From an uncultured Bacteroidaceae bacterium (GTDB lineage: Bacteria; Bacteroidota; Bacteroidia; Bacteroidales; GCA-2748055), in the NCBI GenBank assembly GCA_964426915.1, contig CAYRTD010000003.1, forward strand, positions 67-64,066: a stretch of DNA of 64,000 nucleotides. The letters are read 5' to 3'. The translations under genes and the position numbers were made by a program. This document shows, one piece after another, positions 48,010 through 58,611 of the stretch. Under the pieces are notes generated by a model. That model had not been told where the DNA came from and made no database searches. It saw only the letters and a program-made list of their open reading frames with translations. Position 1 is the first letter of the stretch, and every line of letters starts with the position of its first letter.

Positions 48010-48813
48010 ATGTACCAAAATCATTGGGAGAGATACCACAAAGCAGTATGTTCAATAAATTTTTACGGGAAGACGAATTCTAAAATCCTGGGACTTACAG
48101 GTTTTCGGGTAGGGAGATTAATAATTACCGATGACCTTATCTATTCCCAGCCGGATCTTTTGCAAGTTAAGATTCGTTTCTATGAACATGACGGGGTCAG
48201 GATTTTCAAGGAAATTACATTCAGCCATGATGAATTTAAATCCATTCTGCCACATAAATCCAGTTTCGATAACCTCGGGCTTGCTTTTTTCAATCTTGAT
48301 GAGAAAATCCTGGAGGGAACTACCGAATTTGCCCTTTGTCCTAATTGCAATTCCCCGATCGGCAAGGATGCTCTGACCATTAGCTATCAATCAGATTATG
48401 ATAACATTGCACTGAGATCTGCCCTGATAAGTTCCAATTATGTTAATGATCGCGGATTAACCTTTCTGCAATTTGATGGAACCGTAAGACCTGCCACAAG
48501 TGGCAGTCCTCTTATCGATCATGAAAGCGGGAAGGTGATAGGCATCGTTTCCAATAAAGAGATGAAGATAGTAAGAACATATCATGAATTACTCAGGACT
48601 GTTGATGCAAACCTTGAAATACTAAAAAAGGTAAAAGATAAATTTTTTATTGAAGAAGTTGATCCGGTGCAGGTTTTAATTGTAAATCAGAATCAAATCA
48701 AGCATTTATCCAAAGAGATTTTTTTAAATTTTGCAATGAAAAATGGATATGCTCTTGATGTAAACCATTTACGTGAGCAACTGGAAAATACTTTTGAAGC
48801 TGATTTTGACTGA
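48010..48813 (+). CDS. Trypsin-like (S1/HtrA-type fold) peptidase-domain protein with a C-terminal helical extension; the catalytic His is not evident
   Basis: 267 aa with no signal peptide. PATSGSPLIDHESGKVIGIVSNKE resembles the G-x-S-G-x-P catalytic-Ser block of S1 proteases. The N-terminal segment GLTGFRVGRLIITDDLIY aligns with the GSGF..I.TN.HV block but lacks the His. Confidence 0.5.
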   Translation: MYQNHWERYHKAVCSINFYGKTNSKILGLTGFRVGRLIITDDLIYSQPDLLQVKIRFYEHDGVRIFKEITFSHDEFKSILPHKSSFDNLGLAFFNLDEKILEGTTEFALCPNCNSPIGKDALTISYQSDYDNIALRSALISSNYVNDRGLTFLQFDGTVRPATSGSPLIDHESGKVIGIVSNKEMKIVRTYHELLRTVDANLEILKKVKDKFFIEEVDPVQVLIVNQNQIKHLSKEIFLNFAMKNGYALDVNHLREQLENTFEADFD

Positions 48814-48824
48814 TATCCGTTAGC

Positions 48825-49034
48825 TCAGGATTTTTGTGGTTCGTCGGTGCGCAGTATTTTATCGACTTCTTGTTCTGTTTTATGTAATTTTTCTTTACAT
48901 ATCCGGATGAGCTCTGTAACCCTTTTCACTTTTTCACTAAGCAGATCAATTTCCAAATCACCTGATTCTATTTGAGCTGTTATTTCTTCTACTTCTTTTA
49001 AAGCTTCACTGTAAGAAATGTTCTTTTTTGCCAT
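48825..49034 (-). CDS. xseB: Exodeoxyribonuclease VII small subunit
   Basis: 69 aa. The pattern SYSEALKEVEEITAQIESGDLEIDLLSEKVKRVTELIRICKEKL is typical of XseB. It lies directly downstream of xseA (1-nt gap). Confidence 0.9.
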   Translation of the reverse strand: MAKKNISYSEALKEVEEITAQIESGDLEIDLLSEKVKRVTELIRICKEKLHKTEQEVDKILRTDEPQKS

Positions 49035-49035
49035 T

Positions 49036-50430
49036 TTATTTTACTTTACTTTTTAATTTTCCTTTATGCAGGACAGTAATAAGCTCATCATTTTTTCTGA
49101 CGTTTTGAGCATCTTTGAGGACTTTCCCATTATGTCTGGTTATGGAATAACCTCTGGATAGTATGTATTCAGGGCTGGAGAGATTTATTAGCTTGTCCAT
49201 TGAGATTAGCTTTTCTTTCTCTTCTTTTATGAGTTGAAAAGCTATTCTGTCCACCTTTTCCTTTGATAATCCAAGTTTCTGTTCTTTTTTTACAATGAGG
49301 GCAGAAACCTTAAATGCAAGGGTTTTATGTTTATCATTTAACAGATTATTTGAACCGGCGAGCATAGAACCCAGGGCTGCTTTTATCTCGTAAGCACTCT
49401 TGTTTAGAGTTGTGCCTGCCTGGTAAAGGACCTGTCGTGTATATAGAACAAGGTTTTGTGAAATAAGTGAAACGGAATCCTTTTCAGACTGTATTTTTTC
49501 TCTGACCAGATCAAAAATATATTCTTCCATTTGGTGAATCCCGGTAAGGAATTCTGCCATGCGATCTATAAGAAATTCTGCTGCTGCAGTTGGGGTTTTT
49601 AGTTTCCTATGGGCAACAAGATCTGCAACAGTTTCGTCTCTCTCATGACCAATTCCCGTTATTACTGGTAAGGGGAACTGGGTAATATGAAAAGCAAGGT
49701 CATAATTATTGAAGCAGTCAAGTTCAATCGTTGCACCTCCTCCACGAATAATTACAACAAGGTCAAAATTATTTTCCGATTCATAGATTTTTTCCAGGGC
49801 TTTTATAATCGATTCCTCTGCTTTTTCTCCCTGCATTACAGCCTGGAAAAGGTTTATTTCAAAATGGAAATTCTCAATATTGTTCGAGAGAGTATTCAGA
49901 AAATCACCAAAACCGGCTGCGGTAGAAGAGGAAATCACTGCAATTCTTTGTGGGACCAGTGGGAATTCAATTTGTTTATTCATATCTATCACCCCTTCCC
50001 GGGTAAGCCGCTCGATAATCTCTGCTTTTTTCCTTGCCAGATCACCAAGAGTATAACTTGGATCTATGTCTTTAATATTAAGGCTTATGCTGTATTGAGG
50101 GTGGTATTCAAGGCTTACATTCACCAATACCTTTATTCCTGCTGAAAATTGATAACCGGTAGTGCCTTCAAAGTAGGGACGGAGCATCCGGTAGGTATAC
50201 GACCATATAGTAGCGCGCATCCGGGCAAGGATCTTGTTTGTAGCAGGATTCTTTTCAATGAGTTCAAGATACGCATGACCACTGCTATTAAGATGTAATT
50301 CACTTATTTCAGCAATCACCCAGAATTGATCAGGGAATGCAGTAGCGAGTGTTCCCTTGATCCGGGCGGTCAATTTACTCAGTGTAAAAGCTGAATTTCC
50401 CTCTTTATTGTCTGATAAGTTTTGTAACAA
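49036..50430 (-). CDS. xseA: Exodeoxyribonuclease VII large subunit
   Basis: 464 aa. OB-fold N-terminus (FTLSKLTARIKGTL..FWVIAEISE..GHAYLELIE), catalytic core (GVIDMNKQIEFPLVPQRIAVISSSTAAG..RGGGA..GIGHERD), and a long C-terminal coiled coil. The start overlaps the upstream gene by 26 nt, so the start is somewhat uncertain. Confidence 0.9.
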   Translation of the reverse strand: MLQNLSDNKEGNSAFTLSKLTARIKGTLATAFPDQFWVIAEISELHLNSSGHAYLELIEKNPATNKILARMRATIWSYTYRMLRPYFEGTTGYQFSAGIKVLVNVSLEYHPQYSISLNIKDIDPSYTLGDLARKKAEIIERLTREGVIDMNKQIEFPLVPQRIAVISSSTAAGFGDFLNTLSNNIENFHFEINLFQAVMQGEKAEESIIKALEKIYESENNFDLVVIIRGGGATIELDCFNNYDLAFHITQFPLPVITGIGHERDETVADLVAHRKLKTPTAAAEFLIDRMAEFLTGIHQMEEYIFDLVREKIQSEKDSVSLISQNLVLYTRQVLYQAGTTLNKSAYEIKAALGSMLAGSNNLLNDKHKTLAFKVSALIVKKEQKLGLSKEKVDRIAFQLIKEEKEKLISMDKLINLSSPEYILSRGYSITRHNGKVLKDAQNVRKNDELITVLHKGKLKSKVK

Positions 50431-52048
50431 TTTCTCCTTCTGTTGAATGAGCTTTAAGGTAATAAATCCCCGGTCCGTTGTTTTTTAAACTGTTAATTGA
50501 GATCACATCACCGGGGTTCCAGTTTCTTTTGTATGAATGTACTAATTTTCCGTCTGAAGAAAAAATATCAATCTGTTTAATCTCGATTTCCATGCTGGTA
50601 GGATGAAGTTCAAAGCTCCCGGACGAAGGGTTTGGATAAGCAATTAGTCCATATGCCGGTGAATCGGTACTGTCTTTTTTCAAATGCCACAGTGCATGCA
50701 GGAAATCAGGGATTCCGTAACCCATTATACTATCAGGATTGCTATACTGACTACTGCTTTTCCGTACGGCTTCAATTATTTCTTTGTTGGTTTTTTCAGG
50801 AACGGCCTGCCATAAACATGCTATTAACCCAGCTATCTGAGGGGCGGCGAATGATGTCCCATAACCCTCCGAGGGCTCTCCAAGAGGGTTGATAATCTTC
50901 GTTCTGAACCCCACCGCCATAACATCGGGTTTAATTCTGCCGTCGGCAGTATTTCCCCTGGAACTGAAACTGGTGATATTTGAGGCGGTATCAACTGAGC
51001 CTACTGCAAGTACATTGGGACCATCAGAAGGAGGTGTTATTTTTCCCCAGGGATCATTGCCTTCGTTTCCTGCGCTGGCGACCACTACCATTCCTTTGGA
51101 AAAAGCTTTTTCAGCTGCCCGTGTTACCAGGGCTCTGTTACCGGTAAGATCAGCATAGCTGTAATTCATTTTTTCTGAGGTAGGGAAATCATAATACCCC
51201 AGGGAAGAGGTAATTACGTCTGCACCTGAACTATCGGCATATTCTGCAGCGAGAATCCAGTTTGCCTCCTCTATTTTGTTTTCTCTTGCTGCTTCTTCAG
51301 AACGTAAAAGAAGATATGAAGCACCGGGAGCGGAACCCACAAAAGTATCGGGGATAAAAGCTGCCATGGTGCTGGTAACAGCGAGCCCGTGGGTGCTTTG
51401 CTCAAAGAAAACGGATGAAGGGTCAACAAAATCTTTATAGGCTAATATTCTGTTTTCTTCCCAGAGATCACGGAAAGCATTAATTTCATCCATTTTATAA
51501 AATCCGGCATCCAGAACGGCAATCAGCATACCTTCACCCCTGTATCCGAAACTGTGCAGAAAATTTCCGGACAATAACCTCATCTGGGAAGATGCAACTC
51601 CGTAAAAGCTTGATTTTGATCCTTCATATACCGATTCCTTTTCTCTGGTTATTCCTTCCTGTATGGAAGGGGTAAAATTACTATATTCGGTATTAAAATC
51701 TTCGACAAAATCAAATGTGGATATTTTCCCAAGGACAAGGCTGTCCTTTGTTTTAATTAATACGGAATTAAACCATCTGCTGGTACCATGTATACCTACC
51801 CCTGTTCCACGTATACTGTCGAGATATGCAGCCGAAACCGGCAAATCCTCATGGGTAACCGGAATGCCATACCTTATCCGCTTAGCAATGGTACGGGGAG
51901 AAAGGAAATCCTGGGGGGAATCAATAGTGTACTGAGTGCCGTCTTTATCCTTTAGCTGCACCCAGTAGAATTCAGGAGCCAACCTTTGAGCAATGGAAGG
52001 AGAAAAAAAAGCAGATAGAATTAATATGGAAATAAGGAGCTTTTTCAT
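50405..52048 (-). CDS. S8-family (subtilisin-like) serine peptidase with a T9SS C-terminal sorting domain
   Basis: Catalytic triad contexts AVLDAGF (Asp), STHGLAVTS (His) and GTSFAAPQIAG (Ser). CTD is AYPNPSSGSFELH..IDIFSSDGKLV..GIYYLKAH. Confidence 0.88.
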   Translation of the reverse strand: MKKLLISILILSAFFSPSIAQRLAPEFYWVQLKDKDGTQYTIDSPQDFLSPRTIAKRIRYGIPVTHEDLPVSAAYLDSIRGTGVGIHGTSRWFNSVLIKTKDSLVLGKISTFDFVEDFNTEYSNFTPSIQEGITREKESVYEGSKSSFYGVASSQMRLLSGNFLHSFGYRGEGMLIAVLDAGFYKMDEINAFRDLWEENRILAYKDFVDPSSVFFEQSTHGLAVTSTMAAFIPDTFVGSAPGASYLLLRSEEAARENKIEEANWILAAEYADSSGADVITSSLGYYDFPTSEKMNYSYADLTGNRALVTRAAEKAFSKGMVVVASAGNEGNDPWGKITPPSDGPNVLAVGSVDTASNITSFSSRGNTADGRIKPDVMAVGFRTKIINPLGEPSEGYGTSFAAPQIAGLIACLWQAVPEKTNKEIIEAVRKSSSQYSNPDSIMGYGIPDFLHALWHLKKDSTDSPAYGLIAYPNPSSGSFELHPTSMEIEIKQIDIFSSDGKLVHSYKRNWNPGDVISINSLKNNGPGIYYLKAHSTEGEIVTKLIRQ

Positions 52049-52085
52049 TTATGATTTAAAAACTTACTAACCAAATATAAAGCAA

Positions 52086-52874
52086 TTAACGTAATTCATT
52101 AGTATTTGGTTCAGGGAAATCGCCGACCACTTCATCAAGCTGACGTGAAAACTCTTTTTGTTTTTCCTTCATCTCAGGACTCGCTTGCATTTTCCCTTTT
52201 ATATATTCAACAGTGAGGTCCGGGTTACCCTCTTCTGTATAATATTTCCAGGTCCCGTGCATAACGCCCCCTGAATATGATCCTTCAATAAAAGGTCTGC
52301 CTTGCGGATTATAGGATTTAAAACTTCCTTCTCTTTCACCTTCCTTATGGGAGGACTTTAGCCTTAATTGCCCGTTTTCGTAATATTGTTCCCATTTACC
52401 GTTTTTCTTTCCATTCTTCCATTCAGTTCTTTCCGCAATTTCACCGTTGTCGTAATACTTTTCTGTCAGTCCTTGTTTTTTCCCCATTTCCCATTCTTCT
52501 GTAATGGCAAGTCTGCCATTGTAAAAAGAATAGTAATTCCATATGCTGTCTTTTTGCTGTTCGATATATTTCCCTTCGGCAGCTTTTTTCCCGGTTTTGT
52601 AGTATAATGTTGCATAAGATGTAATTCCGTCCTCCAGAAAATTGATCTCAGCTGACAGATTTCCTTCCGGAAAATATCTTTTCATTAGTCCTACGGGCTT
52701 ATTTTCCTCAAAACGGCCTTCGTACATTAGCTTTCCATTATCATAATATTTTTTCCATGCTCCGGTTCGTCTGCCTTCTTCATCAAGCTGATTGATGTCG
52801 TTCTGCTGGGCAAAGAGACTCAGACTGAAGGATAGAAATCCAATAATAAATAAGTAATTTTTTATTTTCACCAT
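52086..52874 (-). CDS. MORN-repeat-variant protein (YwqK-like), secreted
   Basis: 262 aa with a signal peptide and eight or more repeats of the form G.W..YY.NG.L..EG.F..GK..G. Confidence 0.75.
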   Translation of the reverse strand: MVKIKNYLFIIGFLSFSLSLFAQQNDINQLDEEGRRTGAWKKYYDNGKLMYEGRFEENKPVGLMKRYFPEGNLSAEINFLEDGITSYATLYYKTGKKAAEGKYIEQQKDSIWNYYSFYNGRLAITEEWEMGKKQGLTEKYYDNGEIAERTEWKNGKKNGKWEQYYENGQLRLKSSHKEGEREGSFKSYNPQGRPFIEGSYSGGVMHGTWKYYTEEGNPDLTVEYIKGKMQASPEMKEKQKEFSRQLDEVVGDFPEPNTNELR

Positions 52875-53032
52875 ATTTGTTAGAATTTACAACAGCTTTC
52901 GATATTATAACTTATAAAAAAAGGATTTATTTTATGTTCTGCACATGCATTAATCCGGGAGGAAAAACCTAATCATTAACAAAACAAGCTAAATATATTC
53001 TTCAGTACGGATACATATTGCTAAAGTAATAG

Positions 53033-53068
53033 AAAAAGCCGTCTCCGGTGATCTCGGGACAGCTTTTT
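53033..53068 (-). terminator. Hairpin flanked by A- and T-runs downstream of dnaK
   Basis: AAAAAGCCGTCTCCGG-TGATCT-CGGGACAGCTTTTT: an imperfect GC-rich stem about 80 nt after the dnaK stop, with T-runs available on both strands. Confidence 0.55.
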
Positions 53069-53144
53069 CTATCGTATTGGATTGGATTGACAAATATATT
53101 CTTTCAAATTAAGGTGATTATCAGTTGCCCGAACTGATGAATTA

Positions 53145-55064
53145 TTACTTCACCTCTTCAAAGTCTACATCCGTCACCTCTTCGTCGTCTTTTTTGTCAT
53201 TGCTTCCGCCCTGACTGCCTTCACCTTCCTGACCTTGTGCTCCGGCACCAGCCTGAGCCTCCTGTCCGGCTTTGTACATATCTTCACTTGCAGACTGCCA
53301 TACCTGGTTCAGTTCGGCTGTGGCGGTTTCTATTGCTGAAAGGTCTTCACTTTTATGAGCTTCCCTTAGCTTTTCAAGGGCTTTTTCGATTGGCTCTTTC
53401 TTTTCAGCCGGAATTTTATCACCAAATTCCTTTAGCTGTTTTTCTGTCTGGAAGATCAGCCCGTCAGCAGCATTCATCTTATCGATTTTCTCTTTTGCCG
53501 CCTTATCTGATTCAGCATTTTCTTCAGCTTCATTCTTCATTCTTTCAATTTCCTCCTCACTTAGTCCTGAAGATGCCTCAATACGGATACTTTGTTCTTT
53601 TCCTGTACCCTTATCTTTGGCAGATACATTCAGAATTCCATTAGCATCAATATCGAATGATACCTCAACCTGTGGTACTCCGCGCGGGGCTGGCGGGATC
53701 CCATCAAGGTGGAAGCGTCCTATCGTTTTGTTACCGCTGGCCATTGGTCTTTCACCCTGTAATACATGAATCTCTACAGATGGCTGGTTATCAGCTGCTG
53801 TTGTAAAGGTTTCGGATTTTTTCGTGGGGATCGTTGTATTGGATTCGATAAGCTTTGTAAAGACACCGCCCATTGTTTCAATACCCAGTGAAAGTGGAGT
53901 TACATCAAGAAGAAGAACGTCTTTTACTTCACCGGTAAGAACACCACCCTGGATAGCTGCACCAACTGCTACAACTTCATCAGGATTAACCCCTTTGGAA
54001 GGAGCTTTTCCGAAAAATTTCTGAACAACTTCCTGAATCGCCGGTATACGTGTGGAACCCCCAACCAGGATTACCTCATCTATATCAGAGGCTGTACTGT
54101 TTGCATCCTTAAGTGCTTTTTTACACGGTTCAATAGTTGCCTGAATGAGTTTGTCGGCAAGGCTTTCAAATTTTGCTCTTGTCAGTGTTTTAACCAGGTG
54201 CTTTGGTACACCATCAACAGGCATGATATATGGAAGATTTATTTCAGTGGATGAAGAACTTGAAAGTTCAATTTTCGCCTTTTCTGCCGCTTCCTTAAGT
54301 CTTTGCAACGACATGGGATCTTTACTCAGGTCGGCGCCCTGTTCACTCTTAAATTCCTCAACAAGCCAGTCGATAATAACCTGGTCGAAATCGTCACCAC
54401 CAAGATGGGTGTCACCATTTGTCGATTTTACTTCAAATACACCATCGCCAAGTTCAAGGATGGAGATGTCGAATGTACCACCACCAAGGTCATAAACTGC
54501 AATTTTCATATCCTTGCTTCTTTTATCAAGTCCGTAGGCAAGAGATGCAGCAGTTGGTTCATTGATGATCCTCCGTACTTTTAATCCGGCAATTTCACCG
54601 GCCTCTTTTGTGGCCTGACGCTGTGAATCGCTGAAATATGCAGGAACTGTTATTACGGCATCTGTGACTTGCTGTCCAAGGTAATCCTCAGCGGTTTTCT
54701 TCATTTTCTGAAGTATCATTGCCGATAATTCCTGTGGCGAATATTTTCTATCGTCAATCTGAACACGGGGAGTATTATTATCACCCTTTACAACTTTATA
54801 AGGTACGCGGGATATTTCTTTACTTACCTTGTCGTAGGTTTCTCCCATAAATCTTTTTATTGAAGAAACTGTTTTTGTTGGATTGGTAATTGCCTGACGT
54901 TTTGCAGGGTCTCCGATTTTCCTTTCACCATTTTCTACAAATGCAACCACAGAAGGGGTCGTTCTTTTTCCTTCACTGTTCGGAATAACAACCGGTTCAT
55001 TACCTTCCATTACGGAAACACATGAATTCGTAGTACCTAAGTCTATTCCTATAATTTTACTCAT
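53145..55064 (-). CDS. dnaK: Molecular chaperone DnaK (Hsp70)
   Basis: 639 aa with motifs [20 protein letters not shown] and [14 protein letters not shown], and an acidic G/A/Q-rich C-terminus. Confidence 0.98.
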   Translation of the reverse strand: MSKIIGIDLGTTNSCVSVMEGNEPVVIPNSEGKRTTPSVVAFVENGERKIGDPAKRQAITNPTKTVSSIKRFMGETYDKVSKEISRVPYKVVKGDNNTPRVQIDDRKYSPQELSAMILQKMKKTAEDYLGQQVTDAVITVPAYFSDSQRQATKEAGEIAGLKVRRIINEPTAASLAYGLDKRSKDMKIAVYDLGGGTFDISILELGDGVFEVKSTNGDTHLGGDDFDQVIIDWLVEEFKSEQGADLSKDPMSLQRLKEAAEKAKIELSSSSSTEINLPYIMPVDGVPKHLVKTLTRAKFESLADKLIQATIEPCKKALKDANSTASDIDEVILVGGSTRIPAIQEVVQKFFGKAPSKGVNPDEVVAVGAAIQGGVLTGEVKDVLLLDVTPLSLGIETMGGVFTKLIESNTTIPTKKSETFTTAADNQPSVEIHVLQGERPMASGNKTIGRFHLDGIPPAPRGVPQVEVSFDIDANGILNVSAKDKGTGKEQSIRIEASSGLSEEEIERMKNEAEENAESDKAAKEKIDKMNAADGLIFQTEKQLKEFGDKIPAEKKEPIEKALEKLREAHKSEDLSAIETATAELNQVWQSASEDMYKAGQEAQAGAGAQGQEGEGSQGGSNDKKDDEEVTDVDFEEVK

Positions 55065-55272
55065 AATTTATAATTGTTTTTAAGTTTATTCATTGTTTGC
55101 ATTTTATTCGACAATGATTATGCCATCGCTATCATATGATAGAATTATGACATAATTTACACCCGGATCCGGTGAATCTTTCTATAGATGGTGACAGATT
55201 GACATATTGTCACCTTTCATGAGAATTTATCCAAAATCAGTAAATTTCATCCGACCTCTGTACTTTTATTTG

Positions 55273-55280
55273 TACTTTTG
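55273..55280 (+). promoter_or_regulatory. Bacteroidota-type -7 promoter box (TAnnTTTG) upstream of panB
   Basis: TACTTTTG lies 25 nt upstream of the ATG at 55305. Confidence 0.35.
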
Positions 55281-55304
55281 TTAATTCATCAACAATATTT
55301 ACTC

Positions 55305-56120
55305 ATGTCACTGCATAAAAGTGTAAAAAGAGTTACAACTCATGTTCTGACTGCCATGAAGCAAAAGGGTGAAAAGATTGCCATGCTTACAGGCTACGAC
55401 TATTCCATGGCAAGGATTCTGGATCAGGCGGGGATTGATGTGATACTTGTCGGAGACTCCGCTTCCAATGTCATGGCAGGTCATGAAACAACCGTTCCTA
55501 TTACACTCAATGAGATGATCTATCACGGATCTTCTGTGGTAAGGGCAGTATCGAGGGCTCTGGTGGTGGTTGATCTTCCTTTTGGTACTTATCAGGGTAA
55601 TTCACGTGAAGCACTTTCTTCGGCTATACGAATTATGAAGGAAACTGGAGCACATGCTGTGAAAATGGAAGGAGGGAAAGAAATAAGCGAATCTGCTGAA
55701 CGAATTGTGAATGCGGGGATCCCGGTGATGGGACATCTGGGGCTAACTCCCCAATCCATTCATAAATTCGGCACCTATGTGGTAAGGGCAAAAGATAAAG
55801 AAGAAGCACAAAAGCTCAGGGATGATGCACGTCTCCTGCAGGAGGCAGGGTGCTTTGCGATAGTGCTTGAGAAGATCCCCGCCAGTCTGGCGAAAGAAGT
55901 TTCCGAATCACTCAAGATCCCCACAATTGGAATAGGCGCCGGTTCCGACGTGGATGGCCAGGTACTTGTTTTACATGATATGCTCGGAATAACCCAGGAG
56001 TTCTCCCCGCGTTTCCTGCGCCGGTACCATAATTTATACCAGGAAATGCTCGGTGCTGTACAGAGCTATATCCAGGATGTCAGAAATGTTGATTTCCCTA
56101 ATGAGAGAGAACAATATTAA
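55305..56120 (+). CDS. panB: 3-methyl-2-oxobutanoate hydroxymethyltransferase
   Basis: Motifs [41 protein letters not shown] and IPTIGIGAG. The ATG at 55305 is chosen over the upstream TTG of the track ORF. Confidence 0.93.
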   Translation: MSLHKSVKRVTTHVLTAMKQKGEKIAMLTGYDYSMARILDQAGIDVILVGDSASNVMAGHETTVPITLNEMIYHGSSVVRAVSRALVVVDLPFGTYQGNSREALSSAIRIMKETGAHAVKMEGGKEISESAERIVNAGIPVMGHLGLTPQSIHKFGTYVVRAKDKEEAQKLRDDARLLQEAGCFAIVLEKIPASLAKEVSESLKIPTIGIGAGSDVDGQVLVLHDMLGITQEFSPRFLRRYHNLYQEMLGAVQSYIQDVRNVDFPNEREQY

Positions 56121-56156
56121 CGAACACGACCGGCAACGCCCAACCCAATCTCCTCC

Positions 56157-56831
56157 ATGATACGTCCCATAGATATTCTATATGAAGATAACCATCTGAT
56201 CATCATTAATAAACAGGTTAGTCAGATTGTTCAGGGAGATAAAACCGGGGACACCTCTATGGATATGATGGTGAAAGCCTTCATTAAAGAGAGGGACAAT
56301 AAACCCGGGAATGTATATCTGGGTCTTCCTCACCGTCTTGACAGGCCGGTAAGCGGAGTAGTGATATTTACCAAAACAAGCAAAGCGCTCAGCAGGATGG
56401 CAGCTCTTTTCAAGAATCGTGAAATTGAAAAAATTTATCACGCTATTGTGAAAGATAAACCCAAACCGGAGAAGGCGGAAATAATCCACTACCTGAAAAA
56501 AAATGAGAAACAGAATAAATCCTATGTTACCGAAGAAAATACCACAGGTGCAAAAAAGGCTGTTTTGGATTATTCTTTAATAGGAGTTTCAGATAAATAT
56601 TTTTTGTTGGAAATACAGATCCATACAGGCAGACATCATCAGATAAGGGCACAACTATCGGCAATAGGTTGTCCGGTTAAGGGAGATCGAAAGTATGGTT
56701 TCCGGAGGTCTAATCCCAATGGTGGCATAAGCCTTCATGCCCGCAGCATTTCGTTTGTTCATCCGGTAAAGAAAGAAAGGATATCGGTTACCGCAGCTTA
56801 TCCGGAAGAGGATATTTATCATGTTTTTTAA
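56157..56831 (+). CDS. RluA-family pseudouridine synthase
   Basis: 224 aa. Catalytic motif HRLDRPVSGVV and the downstream block HTGRHHQIRAQL. Confidence 0.88.
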   Translation: MIRPIDILYEDNHLIIINKQVSQIVQGDKTGDTSMDMMVKAFIKERDNKPGNVYLGLPHRLDRPVSGVVIFTKTSKALSRMAALFKNREIEKIYHAIVKDKPKPEKAEIIHYLKKNEKQNKSYVTEENTTGAKKAVLDYSLIGVSDKYFLLEIQIHTGRHHQIRAQLSAIGCPVKGDRKYGFRRSNPNGGISLHARSISFVHPVKKERISVTAAYPEEDIYHVF

Positions 56832-56921
56832 ATCAATTACTTGTCAATCTTCTTTATTCAAAAAAACCAGGTACAGATTTTTTCCATCTTTTTTATTTTT
56901 TTTCTCAATTCCCTCACCAGC

Positions 56922-57395
56922 TTAAAACTTTTCAAAAGGCAATGGAAGGAGATCAGCCGCATTTTTAATCACATACGATTTTTCTTCTCCATACATTATT
57001 AGTAAAATGGGGAAATTATACCGATTCTGAGTTTCGAGAATTACCTGGCGGCAGGCACCGCACGGAGGAACCGGTAAGCTGACAAATTCATCATTTGAAC
57101 AGGCCGTTATAACCATCATACTTACAGGTACATCAGGGAATTGGGAAGCTGCGGCAAATAAGACTGTTCTCTCAGCACACAGGCCAGAAGGATATGCAGC
57201 ATTTTCCTGGTTGCTACCTGTAAAAATCTCTCCGTTTTCGAGCAAAACAGCTGCTCCTACATGAAATCCGGAATAGGGAGCGTAAGCCCTCCTGGAAGCA
57301 GATTTTGCCTTATTGATAAGTCTTTGTTCCTTTTCCCCGAATTTATCAATGCTGCTTAATTCGGTATAATTTATATTTATCTGTTTCTTATTCAT
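56922..57395 (-). CDS. cdd: Cytidine deaminase
   Basis: 157 aa. Zinc-binding motifs CAERTVLF (C/HAE) and PCGACRQ. Confidence 0.9.
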   Translation of the reverse strand: MNKKQININYTELSSIDKFGEKEQRLINKAKSASRRAYAPYSGFHVGAAVLLENGEIFTGSNQENAAYPSGLCAERTVLFAAASQFPDVPVSMMVITACSNDEFVSLPVPPCGACRQVILETQNRYNFPILLIMYGEEKSYVIKNAADLLPLPFEKF

Positions 57396-57557
57396 AGTGC
57401 TATATTACGGATTCTTACGCTAATTTTCAAGAATTGCCGTGGACTCTTTCACAAGTACCTCCACTGTTAATAAGTTCATTCCCAAATTAAAATCCTATAT
57501 GCTATTTTTGAACAAGATACTAATATCCTGAAATTGAACGTTTGAATGTAAAAGTGA

Positions 57558-58562
57558 TTGAGAATGCGAAGTTGTTCGATAATTTTCCTTTTTATTTTAT
57601 TTCCATTAGTGATTTCTGCCCAGCGTATGACCCGCGAGGAGTACATTATTCAGTATAAAGATCTTGCTATGAGGGAAATGTTGCGAAGCGGTGTCCCTGC
57701 AAGCATTACACTTGCTCAGGGAATGCTGGAATCTGCTAACGGAAATTCCACCCTTGCCATGAAGGGCAACAATCATTTTGGAATTAAATGTCATAATGAC
57801 TGGAGAGGCAGGAAAATATATCACGATGATGATGCAAGGAACGAATGTTTCAGAAGATACAAAACAGTATATGATTCTTATACCGATCATTCCGATTTTC
57901 TGAAATACCGGAGCCGGTATGCTTTCCTTTTTGATCTTGAAATAACTGATTATAAGGGCTGGGCGAATGGACTTAAGAAAGCCGGCTATGCAACAAACCG
58001 GAAATATGCTGCACTGCTGATCCGGATCATAGAAGAAAATGAATTGCATAAATATGATCTCCTCGCCTTATATGATTATGATCCGGAAAAGCACACTGAA
58101 CTTTCGGACGATGATATCGAAAGCGGTTCGAAAAGACCTGTTCTAATCAATAACCGCATTGATTATATTATTGTAAGGCCCGGAGATAGCTACGAGAGTC
58201 TCAACAAGGAGCTGAAGCTTCTGAAAAACGAATTGTTCAGGTATAATGAGCTCACTCCTGATTCTGCCTTACGGGCTGGTGAAATACTCTACCTGCAACC
58301 CAAACGAAACAGGGCAGAGGCGGGCAAAGATTTTCATATAATGAAAGCAGATGAAAGCTTACATGAAATCTCACAGGTTTATGGTGTCAAACTCGAAAAG
58401 CTTTACCAGAAAAATAATCTTGAGCCTGGAGATAAAGTCGAACCGGGAACAAAGATCAACCTTCGGAAACGGAAAAAAAGAGGTTTGTTTGATTTTTCAG
58501 GTCCGTCCGAAGCTGTGCCCGAAGAGGAAAGTGACGAATTTGAGTTTGAGTTTGTGGAGTGA
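57558..58562 (+). CDS. Glucosaminidase-domain peptidoglycan hydrolase with two LysM domains
   Basis: Signal peptide present. The glucosaminidase block is PASITLAQGMLESANGNSTLAMKGNNHFGIK. There are two LysM-like segments (YIIVRPGDSYESLNKEL.. and HIMKADESLHEISQVYGVKLEKLYQKNNL). Confidence 0.82.
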   Translation: MRMRSCSIIFLFILFPLVISAQRMTREEYIIQYKDLAMREMLRSGVPASITLAQGMLESANGNSTLAMKGNNHFGIKCHNDWRGRKIYHDDDARNECFRRYKTVYDSYTDHSDFLKYRSRYAFLFDLEITDYKGWANGLKKAGYATNRKYAALLIRIIEENELHKYDLLALYDYDPEKHTELSDDDIESGSKRPVLINNRIDYIIVRPGDSYESLNKELKLLKNELFRYNELTPDSALRAGEILYLQPKRNRAEAGKDFHIMKADESLHEISQVYGVKLEKLYQKNNLEPGDKVEPGTKINLRKRKKRGLFDFSGPSEAVPEEESDEFEFEFVE

Positions 58563-58611
58563 TGTGAGGGATAGACTAACTCTAGTGAGTGTCTGTCAAT
58601 AATGTCCGATA

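Noticed and set aside
47883-48083. A 66-aa ORF upstream of, and overlapping, the trypsin-like gene.
   Set aside because: It is hydrophobic and low-complexity, overlaps the better-supported 267-aa ORF, and has no motif. It is probably spurious.
53237-54584. Several 60-135-aa antisense ORFs inside dnaK. There are many similar antisense or alternative-frame ORFs inside porU, the hybrid kinase, the TonB receptor and other genes.
   Set aside because: They are fully nested in strongly supported long genes, have no recognisable motifs, and are typical shadow ORFs.
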